Of a DNA stretch of 64,000 nucleotides, positions 59,801 through 64,000 are shown piece after piece. The number at the start of each line of letters is the position of its first letter. Positions within the stretch are counted from its first letter, which is position 1. The DNA comes from Macrostomum hystrix (taxonomy: Eukaryota > Animalia > Platyhelminthes): contig CATNEN010000002.1 in NCBI GenBank assembly GCA_950097015.1, positions 4,216,001 through 4,280,000 on the forward strand. Reading direction: 5' to 3'. The position numbers and the translations under genes were made by a program. The notes under the pieces are model-generated. The model saw only the letters and a list, made by a program, of their open reading frames with translations, was not told the origin of the DNA and searched no databases.

Positions 59801-62800
59801 CATCCTTAATCCACCAGCAACCCAATATCAGTCCACCCTCAATCCATCCTTAATCCGCCAGCAACCCAATATCAGTCCACCTACAATCCATCCTTAATCC
59901 ACCAGCAACCCAATATCAGTCCACCTACAATCCATCCTTAATCCACCAGCAACCCAATATCAGTCCACCTACAATCCATCCTTAATCCACCAGCAACCCA
60001 ATATCAGTCCACCCTCAATCCATCCTTAATCCACCAGCAACCCAATATCAGTCCACCCTCAATCCATCCTTAATCCGCCAGCAACCCAATATCAGTCCAC
60101 CCTCAATCCATCCTTAATCCGCCAGCAACCCAATATCAGTCCATCTACAATCCATCCTTAATCCACCAGCAACCCAATATCAGTCCACCCTCAATCCATC
60201 CTTAATCCGCCAGCAACCCAATATCAGTCCACCCTCAATCCATCCTTAATCCACCAGCAACCCAATATCAGTCCATCTACAATCCATCCTTAATCCACCA
60301 GCAACCCAATATCAGTCCATCTACAATCCATCCTTAATCCGCCAGCAACCCAATATCAGTCCACCCTCAATCCATCCTTAATCCGCCAGCAACCCAATAT
60401 CAGTCCACCCTCAATCCATCCTTAATCCGCCAGCAACCCAATATCAGTCCATCTACAATCCATCCTTAATCCACCAGCAACCCAATATCAGTCCACCCTC
60501 AATCCATCCTTAATCCGCCAGCAACCCAATATCAGTCCACCCTCAATCCATCCTTAATCCACCAGCAACCCAATATCAGTCCATCTACAATCCATCCTTA
60601 ATCCGCCAGCAACCCAATATCAGTCCATCTACAATCCATCCTTAATCCGCCAGCAACCCAATATCAGTCCATCTACAATCCATCCTTAATCCACCAGCAA
60701 CCCAATATCAGTCCACCTACAATCCATTCTTAATCCACCAGCAACCCAATATCAGTCCACCTACAATCCATCCTTAATCCACCAGCAACCCAATATCAGT
60801 CCACCTACAATCCATCCTTAATCCGCCAGCAACCCAATATCAGTCCACCTACAATCCATCCTTAATCCGCTTTTACCCTTCAACCGCCACTTACCGTGAA
60901 TCTGGCCACGCTAATCCATTCGTTGTTCTGGTGATCTATTTTTAGAAACAGCTCCTTGTCCTCGGCCGTGTACGCGATGGCGCCCTCCGGAAGCGCGTAG
61001 CTAATGTCAGAGAAGGACTTGTACGTGTCTATGATGCGCTGCAGAAAGGGTGAATTTCCGGTGGGGAGGGCTATGTTGGTTGAGTTCGATCTGAGTTCAG
61101 TTTAATTGTGTTGAGTTGGACAGGGGCTGCAATAAAATTAATTTGTCAATCAATTCCTTGCGTTTTCAGTTCAACAACAACACCGATGCACCAAATCAAG
61201 AAGCGGATTCTTCATTACTACTTTATCACAGACGAAACGCAATCTTGTGATCTACTTTAAGTAGAATAGGCGATTTTTTATGAACAAAAAGTGTTAAAAA
61301 AGTTGATTTTGAATGGCATTTTTTGGATTAGAAGAGGATTCATGTTAGATTAGTAGCAGATCAATGTTAGATTAGCTGCCGATCGATGTTGGATTAATAA
61401 TAATAATATTAATTAATAATAATTGATTACACCTGCCCCAATAGGGCTAGATGTGCAGCCGACAGCACAGCCGCGCTATTGCGCGGCGCATCTGAAGGCT
61501 GCGTACAGCTGTTCAGTCCATGGACTGGGGGGACGCCACACCCACCTTCAATTATCCCAGCTGATGCTGGTACCCATTTAACAGCTGGGTGAACTGAAGC
61601 AATGCAGAGCTAAATGTCTTGCTAAAGGACACAAATTGTTTCAGTGGATTCGGGAATCGAACCCCCGACCTTTAAGTCGTGAGTCCGACGCCCTAACCAC
61701 TAGGCTGCAACCTCTTGGATTAGGGGTGGATTAATGTTGGATTCGGGGTTTATTATGATTGGATATGGTGATGATTCAGAGTAGATTATGGATTAAGGAT
61801 TCAGGATTCGGGTCGGAATGAGTACACCCATTGAGTAATCCCTGAGACTCACAACACCGGCCAAGTTCAAGAGCATGGCGGTGCCCAGGCTGGTGTCGGG
61901 CTGGTTGTTGCTGTTCGATTGGCTCTGTTGTCGGCAGCCGCAGCGGCCCGGCTCGCCTTTCTCTCCTCTCTCGCCAGGCGGTGGCGACGGCAGGTTGAGC
62001 AGAGCCTGATTGAGCTGGTCCGTGACCAAGCTGCGCAGGGTGCCAATGTCCACACTGCCGGGTTCGCCTTTCTCGCCAGCTGGACCAGGAGAACCGGTGA
62101 CACCTGTGCACAGGTCAATGCTGCAGACTCCACGCGGACCTGTTAGGCCCGGCTCGCCCTGTTTGACAGGTTGATCATTGACAGTACAAATCAATAACAA
62201 TTGGTCATAGAGAGTATCTTATGAGCACTAGTCATTAAAAGCAGAGCGGTCTAACGCGTCTGCCTCTCGCACCACGGTCCCTAAGTTCGATTCCACGGCG
62301 AGGCCACATTCATTTGGGGCGCAGCCGCGGAGAGAAGGCTTGTGGGCTTGTCGTGCAGTTTATGCTCTTGAGGGCCAACCTTCTCAAGGTACAGTGAGAG
62401 TGTACACTGCCTGACGATGAGAAAGTCAGTGCAGATGTACACACCTGTGTGAGCGTGTGCCTGCGTACAGTATCTGTGTGCGTGTGTGCACAGGAGTCAG
62501 CGAAATGGGCAGAATTGCCTCTCCACTGGCTGCGGGTCTGGTGTCACCAAATGGTGATGCATTCCCATGTTTATGCATGTTTATAGGTCAGTAAGGGTAA
62601 TACCCTTACATGTAAGTCTATTTAAATCTACAGATCTTATGATTTATTTCAAAATCAATTGCTCACCTTAACTCCAGCGGGTCCTTGCGGCCCCTGAGAA
62701 ATAAAAGTACAAAAAGTTTAAAAAAAACTGCATGAGATTTTAACTGCTTTTTTATCCTTTAATTATGAGAAAATCTGGTTTATTTTGCAACTTACAATGT

Positions 62801-63427
62801 CACCTTTTGGCCCGGGTGCTCCAGGTGCTTGAGTCGCCCTGGTGTTGACGCAGTCGGACAGATTGGGGCAGCTGCCAGGCGGACCCTGCGGACCCCTGTC
62901 TCCCTGGAAATTTGATGTCATTGGAAACACTTTTAGAAACAGCAGTAGAAAAACTGCCGGGCAAGTTGTCTCATCAGATAGAGCGGAAAATTGTAGCCAC
63001 TGTTCTGAATTTTCATCGCGATTAATTGAATATTTAGAAAAATACTCAAAAATAAAAATGTGGGTTCTTGACATACCCTTGAGGTCTGTCTTACTGCGTT
63101 AACGCATTACAAATTGCGTTACTTTTTTAAACTGCTGGATGGGGTACAAGTCCATGAAAATGGGCTGCTACTTAAATTCTGATACCCCATTTCGTATTGT
63201 GACGAATTGTGACCCCATTGGGAAAAAACACTGCTTATAACACGACGATAAAACTTGTTCTACGAGCGTACTACCTCAATGTTGGCTTCCTCTAGTAGCA
63301 AATTTACCTTTTCTCCCTTGATCAAAATCGGCTGTCCGGCTGCCCTTGACGGAGGCGAAAGAGATCTGCCACTCGACGATGTGGCGCTTGTTGGCGGTGA
63401 ATCGGTGGTTGTCAACTTTGAGGACAC
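56886..63427 (-). CDS. COL18A1: 3' part of a collagen XV/XVIII (multiplexin) gene with trimerization and endostatin domains; exons 63427-63308, 62903-62796, 62693-62667, 62158-61853, 61038-60895, 59284-59255, 59164-59090, 57742-57527, 57394-57276, 57120-56886 (5' end outside the window)
   Basis: Gly-X-Y runs (KGEKGDRGPQGPPG and others) lead into a trimerization-like domain, LPEGAIAYTAEDKELFLKI...EWISV. The endostatin domain reads GPRLRLVALP...AGDYACQDAAQKAGL...VPVVNF, IQDFSGKDI, LAWQG...NCEGF...TGRATNLLSGSLF...CDSRLVVLCIE. All junctions are GT-AG and in phase. The symbol denotes the family; XV and XVIII cannot be separated here. Confidence 0.88.
57826..59076. repeat. 25-bp minisatellite CTACTCATCCGCCCCTTCTTCC(C/A/G)C(A/T), ~50 copies, filling a multiplexin intron
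   Basis: Read directly from the sequence. Confidence 0.96.
59762..60870. repeat. 44-bp minisatellite CC(A/G)CCAGCAACCCAATATCAGTCCA(C/T)C(T/C)(A/T)CAATCCATCCTTAAT, ~25 copies, in a multiplexin intron
   Basis: Read directly; period is 44 (59767 to 59811). Confidence 0.96.
61394..61714 (-). mobile_element. tRNA-derived SINE (family A) with an (ATT)n tail
   Basis: The minus strand has a head GCAGCCTAGTGGTTAGGGCG...GGTTCGATTCCCG (Pol III A/B boxes). The body TGTGTCCTTTAGCAAGACATTTAGCTC...CACCCAGCTGTTAAATGGGTAC is typical of SINE2 cores. The ATT-repeat tail is at ~61394-61422. Confidence 0.8.
62241..62535 (+). mobile_element. tRNA-derived SINE (family B) in a multiplexin intron
   Basis: The head is GCAGAGCGGTCTAACGCG...AAGTTCGATTCC (Leu/Ser-tRNA-like). 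The body is homologous to the copy at 41143-41372. Confidence 0.75.
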
Positions 63428-64000
63428 CTGTAAAATGAAGCGCGTGTTACACCTGGATGCTGAATTCCTATTTCGAAGGCAAACACACAGTGTAACCTCG
63501 CAAGGTCGTGTCGCGATAAGATATCAATTATCTTGCTTTAAAAGAATGAAAAAAGCGAACAGTTGGTTCTGGCGTATCAGTTTGTGAACCAGATGAAAAG
63601 CATCAGTGAATATACGTCAGCAGATATTTTATTCCCCTTGAGGGGATATGAAGCAGTCTGGGGGATATGATTGACGTAAAACAAACGTTGAATAAACCCA
63701 ATGCTTGGACTGATTGATCCAGGGTTCTAATAGATTTTGCTGATAATATGAGATATGGTTCGAATATCTGCATAGAAGAAACGCATGCGAAGAATTTTCA
63801 TTCGGGCTGGAGAGTAAAAGTAATTGATTGCTTGATATTAAAGCTATTTAAGGATGGAATATTTGATGGAGAAGCGATGATGGAGATGGTAGAGAAGGAG
63901 AAAGAGAGGGAGAGAGGGAGAGAGGACACTGCCCATTGGATTTCAAAAATCTAATGTTGGAATCGATTCCGATATGTTTCGAAAAAATTGAAATCCTGAT

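Noticed and set aside
61644-61714. tRNA-Val(CAC) gene on the minus strand
   Set aside because: The A/B boxes and T-arm are present, but the acceptor and anticodon stems do not pair. The sequence continues into a SINE body and an ATT tail.

Overview
This is eukaryotic (metazoan) genomic DNA with GT-AG introns, GC-rich exons and AT-rich introns. About 22% of the window (my rough sum of array spans) is minisatellite, spread over about 19 unrelated arrays. The style suggests a free-living flatworm such as Macrostomum, but that is inference. I could build these genes by hand: CPSF6 (2 exons), an FBXL7-like F-box/LRR gene (4 exons), a 2-exon neuropeptide precursor with 7 identical copies of FTRYPDFMLDRGIL, a 13-exon transmembrane adenylate cyclase with a polyQ insert, a small basic orphan ORF, an intronless ceramide synthase, and the 3' part (10 exons) of a collagen XV/XVIII (multiplexin) gene ending in an endostatin domain. 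Mobile DNA includes a frameshifted Merlin/ISXO2 transposase, an internally deleted relative of it, a 471-bp MITE with an 8-bp TSD, a decayed Ty3/Gypsy pol and tRNA-derived SINEs. There is also a 1294-bp P-superfamily element (32-bp TIRs, 8-bp TSD) that keeps only the THAP and coiled-coil region; it is nested in a larger inverted-repeat element that carries a P-transposase C-terminus. The best candidates for something new are the neuropeptide, the KP-like P element and the apparently miniaturised multiplexin. There is no CRISPR array, rRNA or intact tRNA. Most long ORFs in the supplied track are artefacts of satellite arrays.
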